Assembly (NCBI RefSeq): GCF_963921235.1
Contig: NC_086097.1
Coordinates: forward strand, 29,762,001-29,826,000
DNA length: 64,000 nucleotides
Direction of reading: 5' to 3'
DNA from: Mobula hypostoma
Lineage: Eukaryota
The notes below the pieces were generated by a model, which saw nothing but the letters and a program-made list of their open reading frames with translations, had not been told where the DNA came from and did not search any database. Positions 50,165-63,516 of this stretch are shown piece by piece. Positions within the stretch are counted from its first letter, which is position 1. Each line of letters starts with the position of its first letter. The translations under genes and the position numbers were made by a program.

Positions 50165-50717
50165 GTGTTGTTCGTCCATCGTACGTCGATGAGGACCTCG
50201 ACACCATTATGATGGTGTCGAGACTAGCGTGTGACTTGGATTTAAGTGAGGGAGAGTTGCGCAGCGTCAGCCTCACTCTCTCTTCCCAATTCCCATCTGG
50301 ATCCAGTGGCAAGACAGAGTCTAGACGGCTGGAGATGGGACTAGGCACAGTGGATGACCAGGACGTCTTCTGTGTCTTGTCCTGCTCTACACGTCCCACG
50401 ACGCTTGCAGAGACCGCCTTCTTGACCGTTGGACCTTCCATTAGTCTCGTCCGCTCAATCCGCCAGAGTCTGTCTTCACATGCTGGGATAGACAACTCCC
50501 TATCTCACCGAGGGTTTGAGACCCGTCGGCTACCCTCGCCTGGTTTAGCCGGCTTGTCGAAGCCGTTGCCCGGGGTGTGGCCGCTGTCACATGCAAACAG
50601 CTACAGGGAGCCACAGGTGAGAGCTGAGTGCCAGGTGGGGACCAAAGGTAGACTAACCGCCTTGAAAAGGACGCGACATGTTACCCCACCAGAGGTGTTA
50701 CCCCTCCCTGACACCCC
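50165..50717 (-). mobile_element. RTE-derived short (bipartite) retroelement, 553 bp, inserted in a CR1 fragment
   Basis: 11-bp TSD tggaagtaggt / tggaagtcggt, (CAA)n-like tail on the minus strand, CpG-rich. Confidence 0.75.
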
Positions 50718-51656
50718 TGGAAGTCGGTACAGAGGAGATGTCAGGGGTAAGTTTTTTACGCAGAGAGTGGTGAGTGTGTGGAATGGGCTGCCGGCGACAG
50801 TGGTGGAGGCGGATACGATAGGGTCTTTTAAGAGACTTTTAGATAGGTACATGGAGCTTAGGAAAATAGACAGCTACGGGTAACCCAAGGTAATTTCATG
50901 TTTGGCACAGCATTGTGGGTCAAAGGGCCTGTATTGTGCTGTAGGTTTTCTATGTTTCCAGATACAGCACAGAAACAGACCCTTCTGCCCCTCAGGTTTG
51001 TGCTGACCAACAAGCATCTATTTACACTAGTCCTATACTAATCCCATTTTACTCACCTCACTTCCCCATCTAGTCCCTCCAGATTCCACCAGTTCAGAGG
51101 GGCAATGCACAGCAGCCAGAAAATCCACGGACCCCCCCACCTCATTGGGGTATGGGAGGAGATAAGAACACCCTGGGAGAAACCTAGGCACCACAGAGAG
51201 AGCTGGCAAACTCCACACAAGCAGTGCCAGATGCCGGGACTGAAGCCAGGTCTCTGCAATTCTAATGGCCCAGATCTACCAACTGCAACATCGCGTCATC
51301 CTGAAGTGATTGGTTTGTTGGAGAGAGTCATAGAACACTACAGCACAGAAACAGGCCCTTTGGTCCATCTAGTCTGTGCCAAACTATTATTCTGTCGAGT
51401 CTCATCTATCTGCACCCAGACCACAGCCCTTCACACCCCTCCCATCCACATACTAGTTCAAAATTCCCTTAAATGTTGCAGTTGAACCTGCATTCACTAC
51501 TTCCGCTGGCAGCTCATTCCACACTCACATTATCCTCCAGACAAAGAAGTTCCCCCTCAGGTTCCCCTTTAAATATTTGATTTTTCACCCTTAACCTATA
51601 ACCTCTGGTTCTAGTGTCACCCAACCTCAGTGGAAAAAGCCTTCTTGCATTTAAAC

Positions 51657-52480
51657 AACAACACACATCAAAGTTGCTGGTGAACGCAGCAGGCCAGGCA
51701 GCATCTCTAGGAAGAGGTACAGTCGACGTTTCAGGCCGAGACCCTTCGTCAGGACTAACTGAAGGAAGAGTTATTAAGGAATTTGAAAGCAGGAGGGGGA
51801 GGGGGAGATCCAAAATGATAGGAGAAGACAGGAGGGGGAGGAATGGAGCCAAGAGCTGGACAGGTGATAGGCAAAAGGGATATGAGAGGATCATGGGATA
51901 GGAGGTCCGGGGAGAAAGACGGGGGGGTGGGGAACCAGAGGATGGGCAAGGGGTATAGTCAGAGGGACAGAGGGAGAAAAAGGAGAGTGAGAGAAAGAAT
52001 GTGTGTATAAAAAATAAATAACAGATGGGGTATGAGGGGGAGGTGGGGCATCAGCGGAAGTTAGAGAAGTCAATATTCATGCCATCAGGTTGGAGGCTAC
52101 CCAGACGGAATATAAGGTGTGGTTCCTCCAACCTAAGTGTGGCTTCATCTTTACAGTAGAGGAGGCCATGGATAGACATGTCAGAATGGGAATGGGATGT
52201 GGGATTAAAATGTGTGGCCACTGGGAGATCCTGCTTTCTCTGGCAGACAGAGTGTAGATGTTCAGCAAAGCGGTCTCCCAGTCTGCGTCGGATCTCGCCA
52301 ATATATAAAAGGCCACATCAGGAGCACCAGACGCAGTATATCACCCCAGCCGACTCACAGGTGAAGTGTTGCCTCACCTGGAAGGACTGTCTGGGGCCCT
52401 GAATGGTGGTAAGGGAGGAAGTGTAAGGGCATGTGTAGCACTTGTTCCGCTTACACGGATAAGTGCCGGGAGGGAGATTA
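51657..52480 (-). mobile_element. 5'-truncated Penelope-like element with GIY-YIG endonuclease C-terminus and 3' pLTR
   Basis: FTCESAGVIYCVWCS*CGLLYIGEIRRRLGDRFAEHL...PVATHFN...LEEPHLIFRLGSLQPDGMN; candidate TSD catttaaac. Confidence 0.88.
51720..51757 (-). ncRNA. Minimal type I hammerhead ribozyme motif, sense to the HHIPL1 pre-mRNA (intron 2)
   Basis: Reverse complement is tagtcCTGACGAagggtctcggcctGAAACGTCgactg, identical to 49218-49255. Confidence 0.7.
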
Positions 52481-53175
52481 CATTTAAACGACGGTATGGA
52501 TTAAGGGGGGGATTTTCAGTCCGAGTGTCTGAGATTCAATATCAACTTCACAACAGTGCCCCTCCCATGTCCTTCAGAAGTATAAAGATATGAAATGCAT
52601 CCTAAATACAAGAGTTTCCACAGATGCTGAAAATGTTAAGCAAAACTCACAAAGTTCTGGAGGAACTCAGCAGGTCCGGCAAAATCTGCGGAGGGGAATA
52701 AACAGTCAACGCTTTGGGCTGAGACCTTTCGTCAGGGAAGGAAGGAAGAAGTGAGCTCCTTCCTTTCCAGTCCCGATGAAGGATCTCAACCTGAAATGTC
52801 GACTGGCACCGAGGCTTCAATGCGCACAATCGTAAGAGGCCACAGAGGGTTGTAGACCCATCCCGGATGCAATCCCCTCCATCGAGGACATCTTCAGAAG
52901 ATAATGCTCCAAGAAGGTGGCATCTATCGTAAAGGACACTCTCTGTCCGGGACATGCCCTTTTCTTGGTGAGGGGCTTCAGGAGTCTGAAGATGCACACA
53001 CGATGTGATAGGAAGTTTCTTCCCCTCCCCCATCAGATTTCAAAACAGTCCATGAACCCATAAGCACAATCTCGTTGTTCCTCTTTTGCACGGATTATTT
53101 ATTAATTTTTGGGATCTGTAGTGACTTTTACGTCTTGCACTATACTGCTGCCTCAAAACAACAAATTTCATGACA

Positions 53176-53621
53176 TACGAGGGCTGATTGATAAGTTCGT
53201 GGCCTAAGGTAGATGGAGTCAATTTTAGAAAACCTAGCACACTTATTTTTCAACATAGTCCCCTCCTACATTTACACACTAAGTCCAGCGGTCATGGAGC
53301 ATACGGATCTTGGACCTCCAGAAAGTGTCCACAGCAGGGGTGATTGATAAGTTCGTGGCCTAAGGTAGACGGAGATGAGTTATACAGCTCTCGTTATATG
53401 GACATACAGTTCAACTCTGAGTGATTATGCAGAAAGTTTGAAGTTAATAACTCATCTCCTTCTACCTTAGGCCACAAACTTATCAATCACCCCTGATGAG
53501 TTATTAACTTCAAACTTTCTGCATAATCACTCAAACAGTTGATCTGCACATGCATGTAACGAGAGCTGTATAACTCATCTCCTTCTATCATACGCCACGA
53601 ACTTATCAATCACCCCTCGTA
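53176..53621. mobile_element. Mariner-derived MITE, same family as 16016-16640
   Basis: TA-cgagggctgattgataagttcgtggcctaaggtag ... acttatcaatcacccctcg-TA, with internal TIR copies. Confidence 0.87.
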
Positions 53622-53944
53622 TGTCAGTGATAATAAGCTGATTTTGATTCTGATTCTGAGCTGCTATGCTCTACCCAGTACACCTACTGGGTGAGAAATA
53701 AATAGAAGATTGGTGGATTAAGAATGACATGTACAGTAAGTAAGGTGCTCTCCCAGGGTACCTTTATGTCCAATAAAATTGTAGTGTGTGAAATGAATTT
53801 ATTGAAGAATGTGGCTCAGGAGAAATTCAATAAAAGCTGGCATTGCTGGCAATATTCAGATCTCAATGGACAATAGTGAGCCCAAGAGATTCCGCAGATG
53901 CTGGAGATCCAGAGCAACACACATAAGATGCTGGAGGAAGGGTT

Positions 53945-56900
53945 GCTCTTGAATCCAAGGGGGACCAATATTCTTGCGGTCAGATTTACTAGAGCTTTTG
54001 GGAGTTGTTTAAGCTAGTACTGCAGGAGGATGGGAACCAGAATAATAGAGCAGAGGATGAGCCCGCAGGCCTACAAGTAGATGGTGGGTGTAACATGAAT
54101 GTAAGGAAGGACAAGCCAATGACTGGGTACAAATGCAGAGAGAGTTGACGGTTAAGTTGTACCATAGAGGCAAAATTCAAAAGGGCGAAGAATGCAGGAC
54201 TGAAGGTGTTGTATTTAAATGCACTTAAGCAATAAGGTGATTGCACTCGGGGCTCAATTAGAGATTGGTCGGTGTGATGTTGTGGGCATCACTTGAGTCG
54301 TCGCTGAAAGAAAGTCATAGTTGGAAGCTTAACATCAAAGGACATACTTTGTATCAGAAGGACAGGCAGAAAAGCGTAGGTGGTAGTGTGGTTCTGTTGG
54401 TAAGAGATGGAATTACATCTTTAGAAAGAGGTGGTATAGGATCAGAGAATGTTGAATTTTTGTGAGCAAAGTTAAGAAACTGCAAGGTAAAAGACTATTA
54501 TAGGAGTCATACGTAGGCCTCCAAATAGTAATAGTAAAGATGTGGGTTTGAAATTTCAAGGGGAGCTGGAAAAGGCATGTAATAAGGGTAATGACACAAT
54601 TATAAGGGGGAATTCAATATGCAAGGGGATTGGGAAAATCAGGTTGGTGTTGGATCGCAAGAGGGGGAATTTGTTGAATACCTACAAGATGGTTTTTTAG
54701 AGCAGCTTGTGCTTGAGCCTACTCGGGGAAAGACTATCGTAGATTGGGTGTTGTGTAATAACCAAGATCGTATCAGGGAGCTTAATGTAAAATAACCCTT
54801 GGGAGGCGGTGATTATAATATAATTGAATTCATACAGCAGTTTGAGAGGGAGAATCATAACTCACATGTATCAGTATCACAATGGAATAAAGGGAATTAT
54901 AGAGCATGAGAGAGGAACTTGTCCAGGTGGATTGGAGGAGGATACTGGCGTGGATGATGGCAGAGCAGAGATGGCTGAAGTTTCTGGGAACAGTTCACAA
55001 GACGCAGGATAGGTATGTCCCACAGAGGAAGAAGTTCTCAAATGGCAGGGATGGGCAACTGGAGCTGACAAAGGAAATTAAGGACTGCATAAAAGCCAAG
55101 GAAAGGGCATATAAGGGAGCAAAAGTGAGTGGGAAGTTGGATGATTAAGAAGCTTTTAAAATCCAACAAAAGCGAATTAAAAAAGCTAAAGTCTTCCCTC
55201 ATATTTAATCTTTTTTCCTTCTTATAGCTTTTTTAATTGCCTCTTATTGGATTTTATATAATTGAAAAAACTTTTGCTATCCTGCTTTATAAAGAGTAAA
55301 AGGGAAGTGAGAGTTGATACTGGACCATTGGAAAATGATGCTCTTCATGGGGGACAAAGAAATGGCAGATGAACATAATGGGTTCTTTGCATCTGACTTC
55401 GCTGTGGAAGACACCAGCAGTGTGTCAGAGGTCTGTGAGTGCCAGGGAGCAGGAGTGAGTGCCATTGCTATTACAAAGGAAAAAGTGTTCGGCAAACTCA
55501 AAGGTCTTAAGGTGGATAAGTCACCTGGACTAAATGGACTACATCCCAGAGTCCTGAGATAGGTTGCTGAAGAGTTAACAGATGTATTAGTCATGATCTT
55601 TCAAGAATCTCTGGATTCTGGCACGGTCTTGGAAGACTGGAAGATTGCAAATGTCACTCCATTCTTTAAGAAGGGAGGAAGCAAAATAAATGAAGTTATA
55701 GGCCAGTTAACCTAACCACTTTTAATTCATCGTGCCCGATGCCGGCCGCCTAGGCCGGAGTCGACGTAGTAACAACCTAACCATCGTGGTTGGGAAAGTG
55801 TTGGAATCCATTATTAAGGACAAGGTTTCGAGGTACTTGGAGACTAATGATAAAGTAAGTCAAGGTCAGCATAGTTTCCGTAAAGGGCAATCTTACCTGT
55901 CAAATCTGTTAGGAGCTCTTTGAGGAAGTAACAAGCAGGGTGGACAAAGGAGAGGCAGTAGATGTCATTTACTTGGATTTTCAGAAGGCATTTGATCAGG
56001 TGCCACACAAGAGGATGGTTAACAAGACAAGATCCTATGGCTTTACAGGAAAGATACTGGCATGGAGAGAGGAAAGGCTGACAGGCAGGAGGCAGCGAGT
56101 AGGAATAAAAGGAGCCTTTTCTGGTTGGCTGCCAGGGACTAATGGTGTCCCTCGGGGGTCAGTATTGGGACCACTACTTTTCATATTGTTGGTCAATGAT
56201 TTAGATAATGGAATTGATGGTTTTATGGCAACGTTTGCGATAATATGAAGATAGGTGGAGGGGTAGGTAGTGCTGAGGAAGCAATGCGATTGCAGCAGGA
56301 CTTAGTCAGATTGGAAGAATGGGCAAAAAAGTGGCAGATGGCACAGTATTGGGAAATGTATAATAATGCTTTTTGGTAAAAGGAACAATAATGCAGACTA
56401 TTATCTAAATTGGGAGAAGGTTCAAACATCAGAGGTGCAGAGGCCCAGAAGGTTAATTTACAGGTTGAGTCTGTGGTAAAGAAGGCAAATGCAATGTTGG
56501 TATTTATTTCAAGGGGAATGGAATATAAAAGCAAGGAGATAATGCTGAGCCTTTATAAGACACTAGTCAGGCCACACGTGGAGTATTGTCAACAGTTTTG
56601 GGCCCCATATCTCAGAAAGTGATGTGTTGTCATTGGAGAGAGTCCAGAGGAGGTTCACGAGGATGATCTGGGAATGAAGCGGTTAACATATGAGGAGCAT
56701 TTGGCAGTTTTGGGCCTGTACTTACTGGAATTTAGAAGATTGTGGGGGGAGTCTCATTGAGCCCTATCGAATGCTGAAAGGGCAGATAGGGAGGATGTTT
56801 CCTACGGCAGGGGTATCTAGAGCTAGCGAGTACAGCCCCAAAATTGAGGGGCAACCCTCTAGAACAGAGGTAAGGAGGAATTTTTTTTAGCTCAAAAGTA

Positions 56901-57130
56901 TTAAATCTGTGTAATGCTCTGCTACAGACTGTGGTGGAGGCGAAGTCCGTGGGTTTATTTAAGGGAGAAGTTGATAGTTTCCTGATCGGTCAGGGCATCA
57001 AAGGATACAGCGAGAAGGCAAGTGCATGGGGTTGGGAGGGATCCGGGATCAGCCATGATGGAATGGCAGAGCAGACTCGATGGGCTGAATGGCCTAATTC
57101 TGTTCCTATGTCTTATGGTCTTATGGTCTA
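53945..57130 (+). mobile_element. Degraded CR1 LINE (ORF1 end, ORF2, 3' tail)
   Basis: KSPGLNGLHPRVL, VIYLDFQKAFD and GVPRGSVLGP motifs; tail tcttatggtcttatggtct. Confidence 0.9.
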
Positions 57131-58313
57131 ACTGAACAAGTCAGGCAGCATCTATGGAGAGGAATGAACAGTCAATGTTACAAAACAATTGAATTAACCA
57201 AGACAATTCCACCTATCATCTCCCTGCTTCTCACTTCATTCCTCCTTTCCACCCCCTTCACCTAGTCTCACCTAGCATCTGCCAGCTTGTTCTCCTCCCA
57301 CACCCTCCACCTTCTTATTCTGGCTTTTGTCCCCTTTCTTTCGCAGTCCTGATGAAGGGTCTTGGCCCGAAGAAACATCAACTCTTTATTCCTCTCCATA
57401 GATGCTGCCTGAGCTACTGGGCTCCTCCTGCATTTTGAGTGTACGCCTCATGAACAATAGTGATGTGCAGAGATGTGGACAGAGCTTTGCACATCGCAGA
57501 AAAAAAAGCCTCCCATCCGTGGACTATGATTAGCTCTACTTGTCACATGAATATCGAGATATCAAAACATACAGTGAAATGCACAGTGTGCGTCACAACC
57601 AAAACAACCCAAGGTTGTGTTGGGGCAGCCCACAGGTTCTGCCATGCATTCAGTGCCAATGTAACATGCCCACAGCTTATTAACTCCCACCTGTACAGCT
57701 TTGGAACGTGGGAGGGAACAGAAGTACTCGGAGGAAATGCACATGGTCCTGGACGAACTTACCAACTGCTTACAGTCGGTGGTGGGAATTGAACCCCAGT
57801 CTTCCGATCGCTGCATGCCACTACGTTACCATGGCACCTGTACTACTACTGTCCACACTTCTCACTACCACACTCCAACAGCCAGCATAATCAAAGGACC
57901 TTCCCTACCCCGGACGTTCTCTCTTCTCCCCCCTCCCAGCAGGCAGAAGATACAACAGACTGAAAGCTCATACCACCGTCGCCTCTATCCCGCTTTTATA
58001 AGACTTTTAAGTGATCCATAGTACACAAAGATGGCCTCCTGATCTACCTTGCTATGGTCTTGCACCTTACTGCTTGCCTGCACTATACTTTCTCTGTGGC
58101 TGTTACACTTTGTTCTGCATTCTGTTCTTGTCTCGACCTCTGATTTTGGATTCTTTTTTTACCTTGTTCGACCTCAGTGCACCGTGTAATGATTTGATCT
58201 GTATGAACTGTATGCAAGATCAGCTCTTCACTGTGTCTCCGTACACATGACAATAGTAAACTAATACAAAAACCATTAACTCAATAAGTCAAGGAGGGCA
58301 CTTGACCCACTCA

Positions 58314-59087
<774 letters not shown>

Positions 59088-61536
59088 CTATCTGTCTGCA
59101 TTTGGAACTGGAATTGGAGTTGGTTTATTACTGTCACGTGTACAGAGAAAAGCTTGTTTTGCACACTGTTCATAGGGGTGAGATCATTACAGAGTGCACA
59201 GAGATCAAAGTCAAAGGAACTCTGTTATCAAAGTTCATATATGTCACTATATACTAACTTGAGATTCATTTTCTTTTACAGGAAAGTGAAGAAATACAAT
59301 GGAATTTATGAAAATCTGTACGAAACAAAGACTGACAAACAACAAATGTGCAAAAGAAGACAAATCATGTCAGTAAATAAATAAATACCCAGAACATGCA
59401 CTCTAGAGCTTCTGAAAGTGAGTCTACAGGTTCTGAGTCAGTTTATCTTTGTGGTGAGTGTGAAGTTGTCCATGCTGGTTCAGGAGCCTGATGGTTGTAG
59501 GGTGATGACCGTTCCTGAACCCGGTGATGTGGGACCTAAAACTCCTGTACCTCCCGCCTGATGCTGGCACCGAGTTGAGAGCATGGCCAGGCAGTGGGGA
59601 TCTTTGATGATGGACGCTGCTTTCTTGTGGCAGCTCTCCTTGTAAGAGTGCTCAATGATGGGGAGGACGTTGCCTGTGATGGACTGAACCATATCCACTT
59701 ACGTATTTCCGTTCCTGGGCCTTACTGCTTTCCTACCGGGCTGTGATGCAACCAGTTAGGATACTTACCTCACTGTGCACTGTGTCAGAGCTTTAGATGA
59801 CATGCTGAGTCTACACAAACTTCTAAGAAAGTAGATAGGCTCCAGTGTCTTCTTTGCCCTGGTCCCAGGACAGATTTTCTGATATGACACCAAGGAATTT
59901 AAAGTTTCTGACCCACAATCAGAGAAAGTATGAGCAAGCACAGTTAGTACAGAGAGTCACGGATATGACCCTTCTGCCCGTCTAGTCCATGCCAACTCAT
60001 TTGCCCACCCGCACCAATCTCATCTGTCCCCATTAGGAATTGAAACTGGAATTGCTTTATTATTGCCACATCTACGAGATACAACGGAAAGCTTCTTTTT
60101 TGCATGCCACCTGTACAGGTCACTTCATTGTACTGCGCACTGAATTAATTGTTTTGTACCGCTTTACAGCGCCAGCAATTTGGCTTCAATTGCTGCCCCT
60201 GTCTGCGAGGAGTTTGCACATTTTAAACTGTGACCACATGGATTTCCTCCCAGTGCTCTGGTTTCCACCCACATTCCAAGGAGTGACGGATTAGTACATT
60301 GTGGGTAAGCCCCTCATTACGTTCCGTGTGGCCTTGCTGGAGCAGACTCAATGAGATGAGTGGCTTAGTTCTACTGGTAAGTCTAATGGATATGGACCAG
60401 AACAGTACAGAATTCCAACTCTTAGCCTGGGACATGTACTAGTTTGTACGACAATAAACTCGACTTTGACCTTGGTGGTGGACACAAGAGATGGCAGATG
60501 CTAGAAACTGGGAGCTTAGCAGTAAGCGTAACACTTTACAGCACTAGGCTGTAAAGTTCGCGGTTCGATTCCCCGCCACTGTCTGTAAGGAGTTTGCACA
60601 TTCTTTCCCTGACCACGTGGGTTTCCTCCGAGTGCACCAGCTTCCTCCCAAATTCCAAAGAAAAAGTATAGTAAGGCCTAGTGAGTTATGGACAGGCTAC
60701 ATTGGCTCTGGAAGCGTGTTGACAATTGTGGGCTGCCCAGCACAACCCTCACTGACCTGATTTGGCCCAAACAATTCCATACACTGTATGCTCTGAAGCT
60801 CGTGACAAATGAAACTTATCCCTCTATCTTTTAATAGTTTCCTGGAGAAAGCCCAGTGGGTTGAAAAATATCTGTGGGAGGAAAGAAAGTACTGATGCTT
60901 TCGGTTGAAGTTGTACGTCAGGATCGAGAGTTCAGAGGGGCTGTGTGTTGAAGAGGTGTTTTTCCACTCTGTGACAATCTGATCTCGGGTGATAACTCTG
61001 GGCAGTTTGCATGCTTTGTTTAACATTTCATTATCAAATTACACCCCACTTACACTCAACCAGCACCTAGTGCAAAAATTTGCCTGTGCCTCTGTGACTG
61101 GAGAATTCTCTACGATTGTAACTTGGGTTAGAGAAACTGCTCTTTGTTCCGTACAGAGCAGCAGTAGAGATAGTGATCTTTGAAACTCACGTAATCAGAG
61201 CAGCACAGTGGTGCAGCAGGAAAAGCTGGTTCGATCCTGAATTCTCAATGACTGGAGTTTGCAGATTCACCCTGTACCCGCCCCCTGCCCCCCAGCGCGC
61301 CAATTTTCTGCCACATCCCAAAGATGTGCAGAGTGGTGGGTTAGTTGGCCGCTGTTCATTGTCCCTGGTCTGTGGGTGGGTGGTAGAATCTGTTGGAGGG
61401 ATAGTGGGGGTGGAAATGGTTAATGTCATGCTTATAACACAACAGTTGCAGTAATTTGTCTTCCCCTTCCATAAAACATAAGAGCAGAATTAGGCCATTC
61501 CGGCCCACCAAGCCTTCTCCACCGTTCTATCATGGC

Positions 61537-63516
61537 TAGGGTTGCCAATTTTCTCACTCCCAAATAAGGGACAAAAGTAGCAGTCAAATACAGGACACTT
61601 GTGTTTACCCCGAGAAAGACTACCGTGACCACAAAGCCTTGTGCATGCGTGACGTGCACATTCTTGTACATGCCGAGTTTTTTCTACAAATCCGTTTTGG
61701 CTTAATCTTCCCAATTCTGATACACTGTACATACATTATTTCTACTTTATATAGGCTGTGATTTATCATATCATTCTGTCATACGGAGGGTGGCTGGGAA
61801 CGGACCCAAGTGCAAGACACAGACATTGAAGTACTAGGGACAGGACTAGGATACAGGCTGAGGGCTAGGACATGGACACGAAAACCGGGAACCCGGAACA
61901 GGACTGGACAAGAGAGCTAGGATCCCGGGCTTAGACTCCGAGCCAGAGACTGGACAAGGACCCAGTACCTGGGTCTTGCCCCTAGCTTGAACCCCAGAAC
62001 TAGGCAAGGACGAGGTTTGGCAGACAGGCAGGACGAGACTGGGGTCTCCAGGCTTGAGGCTAGAGGCAAAGCTTGGCAGGAGGCAGGAGGCTGGAGTCTT
62101 CAGGCTTGAGGCTAGAAGCGAGGCTTGGCAGGAGGCAGGAGGCTGGGGTCTTCAGTCTTGAGACTAGAGGCTAGAGACGAGGCGCAGGAGGCTAGAGGCT
62201 AGAGACTTGAGAAACAGGAGGCTAGAGGCAGGAGGCTGGAGTCTTCAGGCTTGAGGCTAGGCAGGAGGCTGAGGTCTTCAGGCTTGAGGCTAGGCAGGAG
62301 GCTGGGGTCTTCAGGCTTGAGGCTAGAGGCTAGAGACTTGAGGCGAGACTTGGCAGGAGGCAGGAGGCTGGAGTCTTCAGGCTGGAGGCTAGAGGCTAGA
62401 GGCTGGAGGCTGGAGGCTGGAAGCTAGAGGCTGGAAGCTAGAGGCTGGAAGCTAGAGGCTAGAGGCTGGAAGCTAGAGGCTAGAGGCTAGAGGAGAGGCT
62501 TGGCAGGAGGCAGGAGGCTGAAGTCCAGGCTTGAGGCTAGAGACAAGGCTAGAGGCTAGAGGAGAGGCTTGGCAGGAGGCAGGAGGCTGGAGTCTTCAGG
62601 CTTGAGGCTAGAGACGAGGCTTGGCAGGAGGCAGGAATCTTCAGGCTTGAGGCTAGGCAGGCTCCTCCTGGGCAGGGCACGGATCACCACCCGACGGAGG
62701 CAAGGGACAGGAAGGGACAGAACCAACCACAGGTAACGGCAAGACGGCCTGGCTTACCTGGGCGGAGGCAAGGGACAGGAAGGGAGCTAGGTACAGGGTG
62801 GCTCCAGGACAAGACTGCAGGCGAGATGAGGCGAGAGTTACCAGCAAGACAAAGCAAGACTTCAGGCAATGCAAGGCGAGACGAGAACTTTAGGTGAGGT
62901 GAGAGTTACCGGCAAGACAAGGCAGAGCTTCGGGCAAAGCAAGGCAAGACGAGAACTTCAGACGAGGCGAGAGTTACTGGCAAGACAAGGCAGAGCTTCA
63001 GGTGAGGCAACAGAAGGCAGAGGAAGGGATACAAGGAGTGGGGACAAGAACAATCCAGCAGCCATGCCCTGGTCTCTGAAGGTATTTATGCAGCCAGCCC
63101 CAACGAGCATCAGCTGCCTCAATTAGAACTCAACAAGAACAGAAACAGGGTAGACAGGAAAACCTGGAGCAAGGGTCAATGGACTGGACCGTGAACCGGA
63201 TTACGGACTTCATGGACCGGACCATGACACGTTCCTGCTTTTACTACTGTATATGGTAGTTGTATTTTAGGTTTTATGTGTTATTTTTATGATCTGGTAG
63301 ATTATTTTTTGGGTCTGGGAACGCTCAAAAATTTTTCCCATGTAAATTAATAGTAATTGCTTCTGCACCTTACGCCATTTCGGCTTACGAATGGTTTCAT
63401 AGAAATGCTCTACCTTAGTGGGGGAAATACGGGACAAGGGTGGTCCCATATGGGACAAACCAATTTAGCTCAATATACAGGACGTCCCGGCTAATATGGG
63501 ACAGTTGGCAACCCTA
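61537..63516. mobile_element. hAT-like MITE, split by an LTR insertion
   Basis: TIRs tagggttgccaa / ttggcaacccta, imperfect 8-bp TSD atcatggc / atcataac, subterminal gggaca repeats. Confidence 0.8.
61777..63229 (-). mobile_element. Solo LTR-like element (1453 bp) with expanded internal (GAGGCTA)n-type repeats
   Basis: Minus strand TGTCATGGTCCGGTCC...CGTATGACA; TSD cattc / cgttc. The 3' motif gtgtcttgcacttgggtc is shared with the LTR at 18174. Confidence 0.8.

Noticed and set aside
50068..50883. 271-aa ORF as a novel gene
   Set aside because: It is a chance read-through from a CR1 fragment across an antisense RTE-like insertion bounded by TSDs.
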